Shown here piece by piece: positions 26,101 through 39,800 of a stretch of DNA of 64,000 nt. Every line of letters starts with the position of its first letter. Position 1 is the stretch's first letter. A program made the position numbers and the translations under genes. The stretch is from Eledone cirrhosa (lineage: Eukaryota), in NCBI GenBank assembly GCA_964016885.1, contig OZ024742.1:145762001-145826000 (forward strand), read 5' to 3'. The notes under the pieces are model-generated. The model did not search any database. It saw nothing but the letters and a program-made list of their open reading frames with translations, and had not been told where the DNA came from.

Positions 26101-28540
26101 TTCCAGGCATGACTGTCCTGTCTTTTTATATATCAGGAATTAATGAGTACAGTGTTACTTTGTCGCTATTTCTAACAGGTTAAGTGACTGTAAAGCAGCT
26201 CCTCTCAGTAGTTGATCAACTAGTTGAAGAATTAATGCTTTGAATCCCATTGTATCTCTTCTACAATAAACAGGTATAATAAGGAGGTCCACTTTACTAC
26301 TGTAAGCAATAAAGAAACTAGATCTTGGAAGAGGGTTTCTCTTAGAGTTCCAAACTCATGGTATTTCAAGACAAATTACCTCAAGATTATCAGTACGGCA
26401 CCACAATGATGGAAATAACATTAAAGACTACCATCACAACCATTACCATCAACACACATTCATGATGAACCTCAAAAGACTGGATTTCATCATGTAGTTT
26501 ATTCATTGCTAGTTAAAGACTATGACAATGGCTATGGCTATATTATTAGATTTTGTGTCCATAGATAGCTGGTGAATCCAATTCTAGCATGGAAGTAGCG
26601 ATACACATGGTCAGTGGTTTCATTGGAAGTGCTAGCTAACAAGGCTTTGCAGAGCTCACATTTTGTTTCCTACTATCTGGATGTGCACATCATGCAGCGA
26701 TTTTTAGCCTTTATATATCAAGAGAGTTGTGATGAATCTTAAAAGTGAACATTTCATCAAGAAAGTTGCAGAAACTGAAAGATTATTAATGTTGGCATTG
26801 TCAAAATATGCTATGAAATTTTGTATTGTATTACAAGTAAGAGATAATATTAGAGTGTAAAGTTAACTTCAGCTTTCAAATTATAGAGCAATTTATATAT
26901 GGCATTAATTTACATATGCAATTCTAGTAGCTAAACTCTAGTTACACTTTTATATATGAAGAGAGTATGTTATACTATATATATATTTCTATACATTCTG
27001 AGAATGTATCGCCATAAGATATATGAAAATATATTGTCATAAGATATATATATTTCTATACATACTGAAAATGACTTGAGACATTTTCGTTTTAACATAT
27101 TTTATTTACATGTACTTGGCATCATTATATCATCTAAATCATCTTTAACAAGTTAATGGTAACAAATTTAATCTATATTGCAACAATTTAAAGATATAAT
27201 AATGTATATATATTACGATAACATAAGGAAGCAGAAAGTTGTTTTGTGATAAAACATAGACAATGCAAGATGCTCATTAATATTCTTTGAAATACAAAAT
27301 ATTCAATAACAATGTAAAATTTATATTTATATATATATATATATATAGAAAAAAAAACATAAAAATATAAAATTTGAGAAAAAGAGAAACAGACTAAAAC
27401 TGAACTGATATTTTAATCAGTAGAGGCTAAATACAACTTTCTAAATGAAACATTTAATGAAGAGAAAAAAAAAAAGAAACTGTCTAACTCAAACAAGCAC
27501 AATTTTTCAGTTTGTTGTTCCATAGGAACCAATAACAATAGCAGTAATTATTTACAATGACATAAATATGTAAACTGACTGTGATGACTGTGATGTGATG
27601 TGTGTGGCTTATATAAAACATTTGTATGCAAACTATAGCTGAAAATATTTTGTTTTGGGAAAGAAAATTAAAGTGGGTTAGGGCAGGAGCATTTAAACAG
27701 GGAAAATGAATGGTAAAAGGAAAAAGAATTATCAAAATATTTGTTTTCCTATGATTTAAATGGATTGAAAAACAAATTATTTAAATAATTTAAATTTTTT
27801 TCATTATATACATACTATATATGTGTGTGTGTGTGTATATATATATATGTGTGTTGTTTTTGTAGTCACTTTTGTTTGAATTTCAATTTGACATTCATAA
27901 TCATTTTGTTTTGCAAAACATTAAGTAAAAAAAAAAAAAACAATGATTAATTAAAAAAGGAATAACAAAATGAAACATTGAAATATATAATATTTCTGAG
28001 CATTGTATGGAAAATAACGAAATTTCTCTCCCAAGGAACACAAATGTTATATACATGAAAATACAGCCATCAAAACACACACCTACATACTATATTAAAT
28101 GCATATTGCACACACACATATTACATATACATACACGCACACCTGCATTCTATTGTATTATATAACACGCTGCAACAAAACATACATTAACAGATACATG
28201 AATATTGAGCCTTTATAAATTTGTATGCATATACTGTTCTGGGCTAATATAAATGAGCATCAATTTTGTTTCTTTAATAATAATTCCAATCAATACATTT
28301 GAGCACAATAATGTGTAGAGCAAACAACACAAGTGTCTTGAACCATTTCCCCAGGAAAATCAGGGGCCTTATGGGGCCCTATGACACATAATATTTTACA
28401 GCAGAAGAGTAGAAAAAATATGACAGTAGATATTGTGATGTAGGATATGAAGTAATGAATTCTACACTCACACACGTGTGAATGTGTGTATTGGATGTTC
28501 GTGGTTAATCAATGAAATACTTAATCCATTTTAAGATGCT

Positions 28541-28621
28541 GAGTAGAACTATTTATTACGAACATAGCCCGACAGTGAGCTCAGCTGCCAGGATATGTTC
28601 ATAATAAACACGTTACAACTC
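28541..28621 (-). ncRNA. Candidate pre-miRNA-like / dsRNA hairpin
   Basis: Minus-strand arms pair 22 of 23 positions (3 G-U) around a 9-nt loop, plus an imperfect lower stem. Confidence 0.35.
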
Positions 28622-30349
28622 TAATTTCTGTAGGTTTTAACAGATGGGGTTGCATCTCATAGGTTTCTTGGGTGTTTTAATGACAGAGATCTTAGTCCTA
28701 CCATCATATTTACAAGAACTCTTAATAAAGAAGATTTATGAATGCTATCAGAATGCAATTTAAATCTAAAGATACTAAATACTTAATATATTGTCTTTTA
28801 GCAATGAATGGATTGAATGGAAAAATGTGGTTTGCGTATTTTTTTTTTTTTTAAGATACACAAAACCATCATAAGAGTCAGTAAAACATGAGTATATGGT
28901 TGGAATTGAAAACATGCCTGCTGTGGTTGGACCTTATAGTAACTCTCACTAAATATCCTCTAGCAGACAAACTATTGTGGTGAGATTTTTGTAGTAACTA
29001 TTATATTATGTCATCTAACAAATATCAGTCCTCATACACACCAATATTTTGATACATCTACATAAGACTATTGTTTTGAATCATAGCTATTTATATTTAG
29101 AAGTGTATTTCTTTCTTTTGATTCTGAGTCAGAACATTGCAGTAGATTTTAGTGTAAAATCTTTCTCTCACTATTCAGCAGTAACCTGCAACTGGTTTGG
29201 TCAGATTCAGTTCAATATCAAGGAACTTTAATCTAACTTTATTATAATATTTAGTTTCAACTGAATCTTATATTCTATTTCCATTTTAATGGCAATGGCT
29301 AATCACATTGTTTGCTAGATATGTAACTGACATTTTTCACTGTTAATTGAATGTTCTCAAGCAAATACACAAAGAAAATGAAAATGTAGGCTTTTACTTT
29401 TTATCCACTTACATTTTAGCTTTGTATATTTACACAAATATATTCAGTTAACTGAGTGCCAACATGCATTCAAATGTGCTTTACCTTCCACCCTTGTATG
29501 CCAAAGATATACTGGTACATTTTAGTTCAATTTGTGAAGCACAGGTTCATTCAAAGTTAATAAAGCAAATTTGATCAAAATCTCATTTCATTTTTAACAT
29601 TTTTTGTTGGGGGGTGGGGGTATTGCAAAATATTAACTTTTAATCTTGGCCTGTGACAGCAAAAAAAATACCAAAAATAGCACTGGTACTTAAAGAGTTA
29701 AAACTGAAAATGTTAACACTAGATTCTTTCATTAAACAATATTTATTTATTACTTAATATTAATTATCCCAGTTATGTTGAATTTTGTTTTCTGCAAAAA
29801 TATAAAAAGAGTTTTATTTTGTTGTTGAAAGACTTCTGCTAAATGTTCTGAGTGATGGCCACATCTCCATTAATACCTTTGACAAACTGATTGTACAAGA
29901 GATAAGGGAGGATCACATTATGGAATGGTCATGAAATGGTTTTTTTTTGCTTAAATTATTTAAAAATATATTTTCCCAAAAAATGATCAACTGTTTAATT
30001 TGACAACTTTCTTGGTATAAAGAAAATCAACAAATTCAAATTAATGAAGGGAAAAGAAAAAAATTTTAATATGGAAGACAAAAAGTCAATATTTATAAAA
30101 AGAAACAAACATTGTAGATCCTTCCATCTCAAAACAACCAATAAAATATTCAGATTGGATGTAAGATATTAAATAAACAAACTGATACAAACAGCTATGA
30201 TTTATTCTAGGGGCTTAATCTCAGCAAACCATTTTAACAAAATTTCAGAAATTATAGTTTATATGGAAACTATCTTTTTACATTATTTAACTATGGAATA
30301 ATATATTGAAATAAATACACATATATACATACATATTAAGTTTTAACTC

Positions 30350-30602
30350 TAGTGCTAGTGCCATGATAAAATTCTCCTAGTACACTTGACAACCCCCATA
30401 GAGCTGACACTTTTAAACTGTTGGGTGTCAGGAAGGATATCTAGCTGTATAACCATGCCAAAAAGGGAACATACAAATAAGATATGGTGCTCTGATTCAT
30501 TTAGATCGGTAACTTCGAATAAGAACCAACTTGGACCATGATGACCCGCCCAACCCATGCCAGCATGAAAAGCGGATGCAAAAATGATGATAGTGATGAT
30601 AA
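30350..30602 (+). mobile_element. RTE-tail SINE fragment
   Basis: GGGTGTCAGGAAGGATATCTAGCTGTA...CCAACCCATGCCAGCATGAAAAGCGGATGCAAAAATGATGAT. Confidence 0.7.
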
Positions 30603-31684
30603 CCAAATTCAATCCATCCATTAACTCTTTTCTTTCCTTTTTTTTTGTATTACAAAAGAAACTTGAATTTAAAAAAAAAATGAATTATTTCTAAATGGCT
30701 TCACCATAGAGCAACATTGTTATAAAAAAAACTGAAGTTTAAATTTTGGAGATTCTTTTTAGAGAAATATTTACATGATTAAGATGGAAAATGTGTGTAG
30801 GGAATACAAATAAACTATGGAACAGTTGGCTAACAATATAATGGTTTTAGTGTAGATCTTCAGATGAAATAAATGTTTAAATTGAGAATGATAGCATGTG
30901 AACTTTTTCATACTAACTACAACCAGAAAGTAGGCATTTATACATATATATACACAGTTATACATACATTCAGAGAAGTTTGAAAAAATTCAAATACAGC
31001 CTTGTGCAACAATGATTGAGTGGAATTATAAAGAAGAAAATTTCATTTGCTCAAATAAACCAGGGCATAATTATTCATCAGCCCAATTCCATTCCTTAAT
31101 TCTAAAAACAAATTCTAGAAGCCACAGATATCAACTAAAGGCTTTAAAATAATCTTTAAAAAAAAATTCTAGAATGACTTTTAAAAGATGAGTGAATTGC
31201 TAGTATTTCAGCTGGATTACTAACAAAAGGGTAAACTATATATATAAATATATGTATATATATATAGTTTTGTTTCATGGAAATATCACTGAAAAAATAC
31301 ATCCTAACAAAATAAGTGAAGAAATATTTCATGTAATAAACAATGATTAAACCAGCAACATTTAAGACATAGCCAACAAAATTTTTTTTAGTTTTTAACA
31401 GAAATAAAAAAAAAAATTTAAATAAAGCATAAATACTAACAGGGAGCACAGTCATTAAACATATTTCTTTTTTTTTTCTTTTGTATTTTTGTCAACAAAT
31501 TGTTATGAAATAAGTGTATGTGTGGTGTATAATAGCTAGAAAATAATTGTATATGATGAGAACTAGTTGTAAAAATGAATGAAACCTATGAAAAGAAAAG
31601 CAATCATTTGAGATTCAAATATTTTTAGTTTTGTCTTGTTTTAAAACACTTTAAATATACATACATATATACACATACACACAG

Positions 31685-31729
<45 letters not shown>

Positions 31730-32640
31730 CATATATATATATAAAAACTTAAAGAATTTTTAAAAAATTAAACATCTGACAGAACAATGATTTATGAAAA
31801 AAAAAAAAGATGAACTTTACATAGAAATTTGAAAATATCTTTTCCTTAAATATTTCATATTTCAAAAATCCTTCAATGTATCAGTTAAAAAAAAAACAAA
31901 ACAGAACAAAAAAAAAACAACAATTAATTGCTTAGTCGTAAGGATATTTTGAAATAAATTTTAAAAGAATTTCAACATTTTAAATTGAGAGATTCATTAG
32001 GTTGCCACTATAATGAGAGAAGAAAGCTAGAACAGAAATAAATGTATAGAACTGAAGTGATATGTGAGAGTGGGCTAGAGTTGATATCAACTAAGCCAGA
32101 AATACATACCTCAATACATGCTTTACACAGACAGACATGAAAAGGTTAGCATTAAAGAACTTAAAATCTGTAGACAGAAAATTGGTTAATTTTACAAGCT
32201 AAAAACGATTAGCTTCTTAATTATCAAATGAAATGTTTAATTCATCTTGTGAAATTGCCTTTTTGAGAAAAGAAAATTGCATAAATATCTCTATATGAAA
32301 TAAGTTGGCTGAGACAAATAATGGGAAAATATTTTGTTCTTTTGACATAAAAATGGTGATTAATTCCAAATACCAAAGTTATTAATAGAAAGAAATTCTT
32401 ATATATCACTGCATCTATATGCACAGTTAAGTTTTTATACAAGAAAGATAAACAATATATCGAAACACTGTAAGCTTTCTTAACATACTCATTCATGCAT
32501 GTAAAAATAAAGGGCAGAATAGTTAACACTCATTTAGTAATAGGGAGAATGTAAAACTTAAGAGATTTCTACACATTTACTTTAAGTCCAAAACATTAAA
32601 AGATTTCATTTGTGTTGAACAAATAATTCTATGTACTTTC

Positions 32641-32793
32641 ATCACATGTGACATCATTTGAATTAGAGATATCATGTAACGTCACTTAAATTAGGTATTT
32701 CATTTGACATCACCTGTATTTGAGGTATCACATGTGACGTCAACTGAATATCGCCTGAACTAAAGATATCACATGCAATGTCACCTAAATTAG
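32641..32793. repeat. Degenerate ~28-30-bp tandem repeat rich in E-box/CRE-like palindromes
   Basis: Recurring ATCACATGTGAC(G/A)TCAC(C/T)T(G/A)AATTAGAG; exact TCACATGTGA at 32728-32737 and TGACGTCA at 32735-32742. Confidence 0.65.
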
Positions 32794-34167
32794 AAGAGAT
32801 AAAACTTTCAAAACAAATAACAGAAAAGTACATACTATCTCATCAAACCAGAGATTGCAACAAAAACAACAACACATACACACACAGATATTATATATAT
32901 ATGTGTAATTTGTGTGTGTGTGTCTGTATAAATATATATATGATAGCCTTTCTGGTGCTGCGGAATATTGTAACTAACCAAAGACTAACATAATGGATTG
33001 TAATCTACTGGTCTCTAATTTAACAGAACATTGAACAGAAAACATTAGTAAATGAAAGCATACAGACACGCACACATTGACACATAATTATGCATGCACT
33101 TGAGCTATCCACAATTGAAATTAGTGTGTTAAAAAAAAACAAAAAACAAAACAATGTTAATGAGAAATGGAGGAAATGAGTGTCATTTGAAAGAGTAAAA
33201 TAAATAAAAATAAATAAAACAATATTATGAACAATATGAAATAGTAGTTGTATGATTGTGGCAGTGTTAATGTTTTCAACTGTAAAATAGCTTTCAATTG
33301 CATCTAATATGGCCAACCCCATCAATGAAAATGAAAGAATAAATATACTTAATGATGAAAATATACTACAGATATGACAAAATATGTATTTTGTGAATTA
33401 AGTGGTCTTAAAAAATCTGGAAAACTTGAAATTAAATTATAAAACAAACAGTCTATTAACCCCTTTGATGCCAAATTGACCCCCAATTTCATAATCTTAT
33501 ATAAGAACATTTGTTTTGTTCTAAACACCAGCTTAATAAGAAGTTAGTTATATTACTAAATCACTCTAAACAAATTTTTGATTATTTTCAAAAATGTTTG
33601 AAAATCACAGGCAGAATCTTTCAGGAACAGATTAGAGAAAACCTAACATAGCTTAGATAACATTGGAGATGATTCTCAGCCCAAAATGACATCAATGAAA
33701 CATCTATAGGATCTGCAAAGAATAGATTGCAGTGGATATCTTACCTTCTTCAGAATCACAAAAACTTCAAAACGTTTGTTAATAATACAGTCCTTCTACT
33801 ATGTACAACAGTAAGCTACATCTACCCCACCATGGCATCTATTTGCAGCTATTTGCACAAAACATTAAATGTTTTAGCCGTAGATATTGCACAGTGCCAT
33901 AAGAGTGTAATTGATTCCTAACTTAGGAGTTAAAAAAAATATTGACTTGGTTAGTGATCTGCAGCTCAAAATGATAATATCTGCTTAAATTCCAAAATAT
34001 TTTGTCTTTATATTATTATAGCAACAATAAAAGTATATTAAAGACAACTTTTAAAAGTAGTATTAAAACAGAAATTAAATAATTGTAGCTACATGTAAGA
34101 GATCTCAGAGATTACAACAAAAGGTAATCAGTTGGCAGTGATAATAGATTTATTGTTCTTAAAACTA

Positions 34168-34358
34168 TTTTTTCTAAATTAGACACAAAACCAGCAATTT
34201 TGGGAAAGAGAAACAGTTGATTAATTTAACCCCAGAACTTTACTGGTATTTTATCAACTCCTGGCAGGATGAAAGACTAAGTTGACCTCAGTGGGGAACA
34301 TAAAGAGATGTAACTAAAAACTGCGAAGCATTTTATCCAGTGCCAATCCACAGCCCTA
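34168..34358 (-). mobile_element. Older copy of the Meta-domain SINE with TSD
   Basis: TACTGGTATTTTATCAACTCC..AGGATGAAAGAC..AGTTGACCTCAG...TGCCAATCCAC; TSD GTTCTTAAAACTA at 34155-34167 and 34359-34371. Confidence 0.75.
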
Positions 34359-34990
34359 GTTCTTAAAACTAATAATGATTACAATAACAATATATTTCCA
34401 TGGAAACAGATCTACAGGTCTCAGAGTTATGGGCCCAGCACAGCTGCTTTAACATTTTAGACAACTCAAAAGAACAAATGAAAAACCAACAGTCTATCCC
34501 TGGCGTAACAATATCTTCTATTTGGGGGTTATAATCCACAAAATAGAAACATACAATTTCATATCTGCATCTTTCATATCTATTGTAAATCTGAATATTG
34601 TAGCTTTTGTAAAAGTATCAAATAATATTTACAATAGATATTAGCTCCCAATAATAATGAATCTCTTAAGTTAGCAAGCAAAGAAATGGAGTGTTATAGA
34701 ATTCAGGCATTTTTCTGGAATATCAATGTTGTAGGTAACAGCAATTCAAACAGTAATTAAAATTTTATCCATTATTTGATTCTGAGAATTTATCACCATC
34801 ATATGGACTTGTGTTATTTTAAGTATTTTGTCCCAGAAACACAACTACTAACTACATGGGATAGAAACCCTTGATACAAGGGTTTATTACAGTATCTATT
34901 TAGCAAAAAAATTATAACATGCACAACATGGATTCACATAATTTAAAAATAATAACAAAGGATTGATTTTCATGCCGATTAGTGTTTGAA

Positions 34991-35078
34991 GCAATATTTT
35001 AGTGTAGGAGGGATGGATGCAAATTTTAGTATAGGAGGATGGATGCAATATTTTAGTATAGGAGGAAGGGATGCAAAT
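34991..35078. repeat. ~27-bp tandem repeat, 3 copies
   Basis: GCAA(T)ATTTTAGT(G/A)TAGGAGG..GGAT x3. Confidence 0.8.
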
Positions 35079-35206
35079 ATGACATGTTTACACTTGACAA
35101 GACACATACTTTCCATCTTTCTTAAGGTCTATACTAATTTAGAAATTATGGTTGTCAGAACGTTTTTTTAGTATTCATCTCCCTATGTGTGTATGTATGT
35201 GTATAC

Positions 35207-35266
<60 letters not shown>

Positions 35267-35289
35267 TTACACACACACACATGTATATA

Positions 35290-35320
<31 letters not shown>

Positions 35321-35384
35321 ATTATTATTCAGGGTAAGACTAATTATTATTATGAATTAAATTCCTGTAAATAATGAACTTACA

Positions 35385-35390
35385 TTTATT
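35385..35390 (-). promoter_or_regulatory. Candidate proximal polyadenylation signal (AATAAA) of the PY-motif gene
   Basis: TTTATT on the plus strand ~510 bp downstream of the stop, after a U-rich UTR-like stretch. Confidence 0.35.
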
Positions 35391-35898
35391 TTTACCTCAT
35401 AAAAGTGAACCATATGGGTGAGGAGGACTAGAGGCGATTTAAAGAAATACTAAGTAGACACAAAGTAACAGAAAATCAAACTTAAGGTGCACATTGTAAA
35501 ATGTTATTTGGCATTCAGTATTAAAAACAGTAAATCTGGTCAGTTTTGGACTTTCAGAGTCATTCAAGAAATAATTAGAAAAAAAAAATTCCACATTGAT
35601 GGAATGATAAAAATTTTCCCATTTATAGTAAGTAGTATTCTGTCTGAAGATAATACATAAACAGAGATAGGGAGGGAAAAATAGCATAAAAAGCAAGCCC
35701 TAGAAGAATACATCTTCAAATAAAGACTAAGCAATTTCAGATAAATAAAAAACATTACTTTCAATTTTAAAAAAAAACTTGAAATAAGAGAATGATTAAA
35801 AGATAACTTGTAAAAAGCAATACGAAGATAAGTAGCATACACAATGCATTTTCTTCTGAAAAAAATTTTCTTTTTTACCAATTTAAACCAAATTTCTT

Positions 35899-36515
35899 TC
35901 AAACTGACTCGCAACTTAGCATTCTTAGGGCTTCTTCATAGGACGGAAGATCATTGTTCTCAACTGAAAGAGAAAGCATATCTTTCTTCATTGCAGGAAA
36001 AACTTGTGTGCTATATTTCTCTGTTTTCTGGTCCCATGTTGTCAAAATGGGGTTTGTAATCACAGGCAGGTCTGTAGATGGTGATGTAGTAGTAGTAGTT
36101 GTTGTAGTTGTCACTGGAGTGGATGAAGAACTTGGATCCTCAGAATTACAAACCAGAGCTGTAGAAGACAGAGGCAACTGTGGTGCAGTTTGACTGGAAA
36201 GATTATTATTATTATTATTATTATTAATATTATTATTATTATTTCTAGCAGTGCCATTAGAGTCTGGATGTGTAAACTGTACAGGAAATAACTCACTATA
36301 AGAAGGAGGTGGTGTCATTGTTTTAAACCTCTGGGGAGGAAAGAATGTGTATTCTGAGCCATAGGAGCGGAATATTGTCTCTTGATTAGATAACCATCGG
36401 AACAAAGCACATGAAATTGTAAGTAGTATGAGGACTACAGAGAATATAACTATGATCCATTTGAAAATGTCGTTGACATCATTGCTGTGACCCGTACCAG
36501 CATTATCTGTATAAC
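35899..36515 (-). CDS. Terminal coding exon of a single-pass membrane protein with PPxY and LPxY motifs
   Basis: Acceptor TTTTATTTTCTATTTCAG|G at 36516/36515; open frame (S)YTDNAGTGHSNDVNDIFK-WIIVIFSVVLILLTISCALF(TM)-RWLSNQ...PPPSYSEL...polyN...polyT...DLPSYEEALRMLSCESV*. The frame matches the phase-1 donor of the upstream exon. Confidence 0.88.
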
Positions 36516-37205
36516 CTGAAATAGAAAATAAAAAGAAACATTACAAATTATAAAAACATTTATCAAAAAATTAAAAAACAAATCAAAGGTACTTAATTTG
36601 GGCAAAGGTAACAAGTTATAGATAGGTGGCAAATTATTAGAATGTCAGATATCATCATCATCATCATCATCATCATCATTTTACAGTATACATTCTGGTT
36701 CTCTGTGCACTGAGCTCAATTTTGCCTTTTATCCTTTTGAAGTAGATAAAAATGTACCAGTAAAGTACTGGGTCGATTCTTCTCTTAAATACCTTTCTCA
36801 CTTCCTATCTCATCTTCTGTGGAAGAAATCAGCTCTATTTAGGCATGAAGAGAAATGGGCTCTGCCAGGTTTTAAAAAAATGCCGAAGACACATATGTCA
36901 CCATGGTATCCTCCAACACCAGCAGGAATTATTGGTCCAAACATTACAGACATTATCCATAATGTATTTAATATGTTGTTTATACATTGATACTATCATT
37001 AGGACAGTGGCAGTGGTGTTTCTCTATATTGACAAAATATGGTCTCTCTCTCTCTCTCTCTGTGTTTGTCTTTCTTAGTATGTCTTCTGTATGTGTTGTG
37101 AATATTAGATTGTATTGTGTAATCTGAAGGTGAGGCATGATGTGTGTGTGTGTGGGGGGGGGGGGGAGCATGCACGTTACTGAATCGGTTTGGTTCAAAC
37201 AGGTT

Positions 37206-37337
37206 AATGACCTGAGATGTTTAGATTCTGAATGTGTCATTGTACTCTACAGAAGTTGAATGACCTGAGAGGCTAGATTCTAGAGGTGCTGTTGTACTCT
37301 ACAAGGGTTTAATGACTTCAGAGGCTACATATTCTAC
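37206..37337. repeat. ~53-bp degenerate tandem repeat, ~2.5 copies
   Basis: AATGAC(C/T)T(G/C)AGA..(T)AGATTCT...TTGTACTCTACA recurring. Confidence 0.7.
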
Positions 37338-37761
37338 AATCCAAAAATTTAAGATTTAATAATAACCATGTTGAAAAATTCCATCATATCAAAATAATGA
37401 CAATGAATTTTTTTTACCAAATAGTGGTGGAGGGAAGGTTGCTTGTAACAAAGGAAAGGAACACCATTTAAAATGTTTGGGAAAGATTGTTCTACATAGG
37501 CTTAATGACATGAAAGGTGATTCACCAGATGACAGATTGTGTTTTTTAGGATGTTTAATATTTTAATTAGGAGTTATGGGAAATGGGAGTTGAATGTCTT
37601 GCTGATAGATGTTAAAACATTGCATGTTGAGCTCTTGCTGTTATAAGAAGCCATCTTTGAGTGAGACCTGTGAACAGTATGATGATTAATTGTTGGTTCT
37701 CATGTAAATATATGTATACTTGCTCAACACAACCCACACAAGCAGAGAAAAAAGACATAAT

Positions 37762-37948
37762 TGTTTCTACTTTAGGCACAAGGCCAGCAAATTACCCAGT
37801 GCATTACTGGTACTTTATTTTATCGACCCCGTAAGGATGAAAGGCAAAGTCAACCTCGGCGGGATTTGAACTCAGATCGTAAAGGGACGTAACTATGCTG
37901 GAAAGCATGGCGTCCGACTCTCTACCGATACTGCCAATCCACCGCCCT
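37762..37948 (-). mobile_element. Full-length tRNA-derived SINE with 18-bp TSD, near-identical to 18590-18772
   Basis: TSD AGAGAAAAAAGACATAAT at 37744-37761 and 37949-37966; intact boxes and CpGs. Confidence 0.92.
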
Positions 37949-38049
37949 AGAGAAAAAAGACATAATGATGGAATATATATATATATATATAAACCCATGC
38001 TAGCGTGGAAGATAGATGTTAAACGACGATGATGATGATATACACACAC

Positions 38050-38130
<81 letters not shown>

Positions 38131-39384
38131 ATACTAGCAGGAAAAAATGATGATTATCCTGTAGCATATATACAGTATGTGTGTGTGTTTTATATATGTA
38201 TGTAATTAGTATATTATTTTAAATAATCCAATGCTAAATGTTCATTTAACCAGACTAAACTCACACACAACCATATACAGTCAGCACTGTCACGTTTCCT
38301 CAGACATGACCTGGAGCTACACAATAAAATCTGTGAGGCTTGGTGGTTGTGTTAAGCAGTTTGCTTGACAACTATGTAGATATAAACAATAACATGTTTA
38401 TCATGTGATCTATAGTGGACAATACTTGTAAACACGATTGTATTTCATAATGCTTAGGAATTCCCGAGAAATAACAATCAAATCTACTTAAAGTCTCATA
38501 CCACACCATTTAAAAATCACATTATATCACCACCACCACCACCACCACCATTTTATGTCTATTTGCCATGCTTGCATGGGTTAAACGGGTTGTCACATTC
38601 AGAGGCTATGACTGTGTCTCACACATTTCATTCTGGCATGGCTTTTATGGCTGGATGCCCTTCCTAACACCAGCCACTTTATGTTCAATTTTCAACAACA
38701 TGGTTTAGGGCTACAATAGCCTCACAACTAGAAAAGTCTTGTATGTGAATTCACAGAAACTGGGAAAGTACATCAGGTGGTCAGTTCTTATTTTAGTGTG
38801 ACACACTAACCATCATAACCTACTAAAAGTTCTGGATCAACTGTAAGCAAGCCCATTGTAGATACATAGATATATGTGGGGGTGGGGTATGCCAGTTGAT
38901 GTAACTGCCATATCATATCGATACTTTATAAAATCCTTTATAAACAACATATCCTGCAGTGTAGCAGTTCCATCATCAGGGTCTTCAGTTTCTTACCAGT
39001 CATACCTCACTGTCCTTTACAAATGTCTTCACTCACAACACCACTGTCCTTTATCAGTAACTTGAACATGGCTTTTGAAGAACAATTTATAAGCAGCTGT
39101 ATGTGACTCAGACAGTGACCAGAAAGCTGCAGCCACTCACCTACCTGCTATCCTGTTGGTCAACAAAGGTAGTGTGGTTGGGAATACTGCTTTAAAGTCG
39201 ATCATTGATCACTTTCTCCATCCAGCTAATGTTGATGGTCATCCAGAGTATTTTAGTGTATCAACCATTGAGGTAGTTGGCTATGCACCCAGTAATGGTC
39301 AAGGTTTTCTTGGAATTAGTTGATTGACCAATACCGGAATCTTCAGCAATAGTTTCACTAACAGTGAAAGAATTATTGGTAAGC

Positions 39385-39800
39385 ATTCATCATCATTTTT
39401 AGAGCGATTTTTTTCATTACGCTGGCATGGGTTGGACAAACCTATTTTCCAAGGCAGTATTTATTCTGCAGCCAGCCCATCATTTTTACGTCCGTTTTTC
39501 CGGCTTGCATGGGTCGGACAAGCCTTTCACAGTTCAACATCACTCCACTCATCCTTTGTCATCTCCTCTGTGAGTTTCAGTGATTCAAGGTCAGCTCTCA
39601 CAACTTCTGCCCAGGTCTTTCTTGGTCTACCTCTACTGTGGCTTCTTTCCATTAGCATTTTCTGGCACTTCTTCATCCAACGATCATTGTCCATACCAAC
39701 ACACCACCTTGGATTCCTCTTAAACCCAGCTTTTCCCTCAACCCATCCAAGCTCTGCCTTTCCCTCACACTTACAACCCATTAATTATTCTTACGTGGTA
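39385..39800 (-). mobile_element. Stacked RTE 3' ends / C-terminal coding fragment
   Basis: MDNDRWMKKCQKMLMERSHSRGRPRKTWAEVVRADLESLKLTEEMTKD; two CATCAT...GCATGGGT tails at ~39390 and ~39478. Confidence 0.8.

Noticed and set aside
35954-36193. Plus-strand ORF with poly-Val
   Set aside because: Antisense shadow of the poly-Thr tract in the real minus-strand exon.
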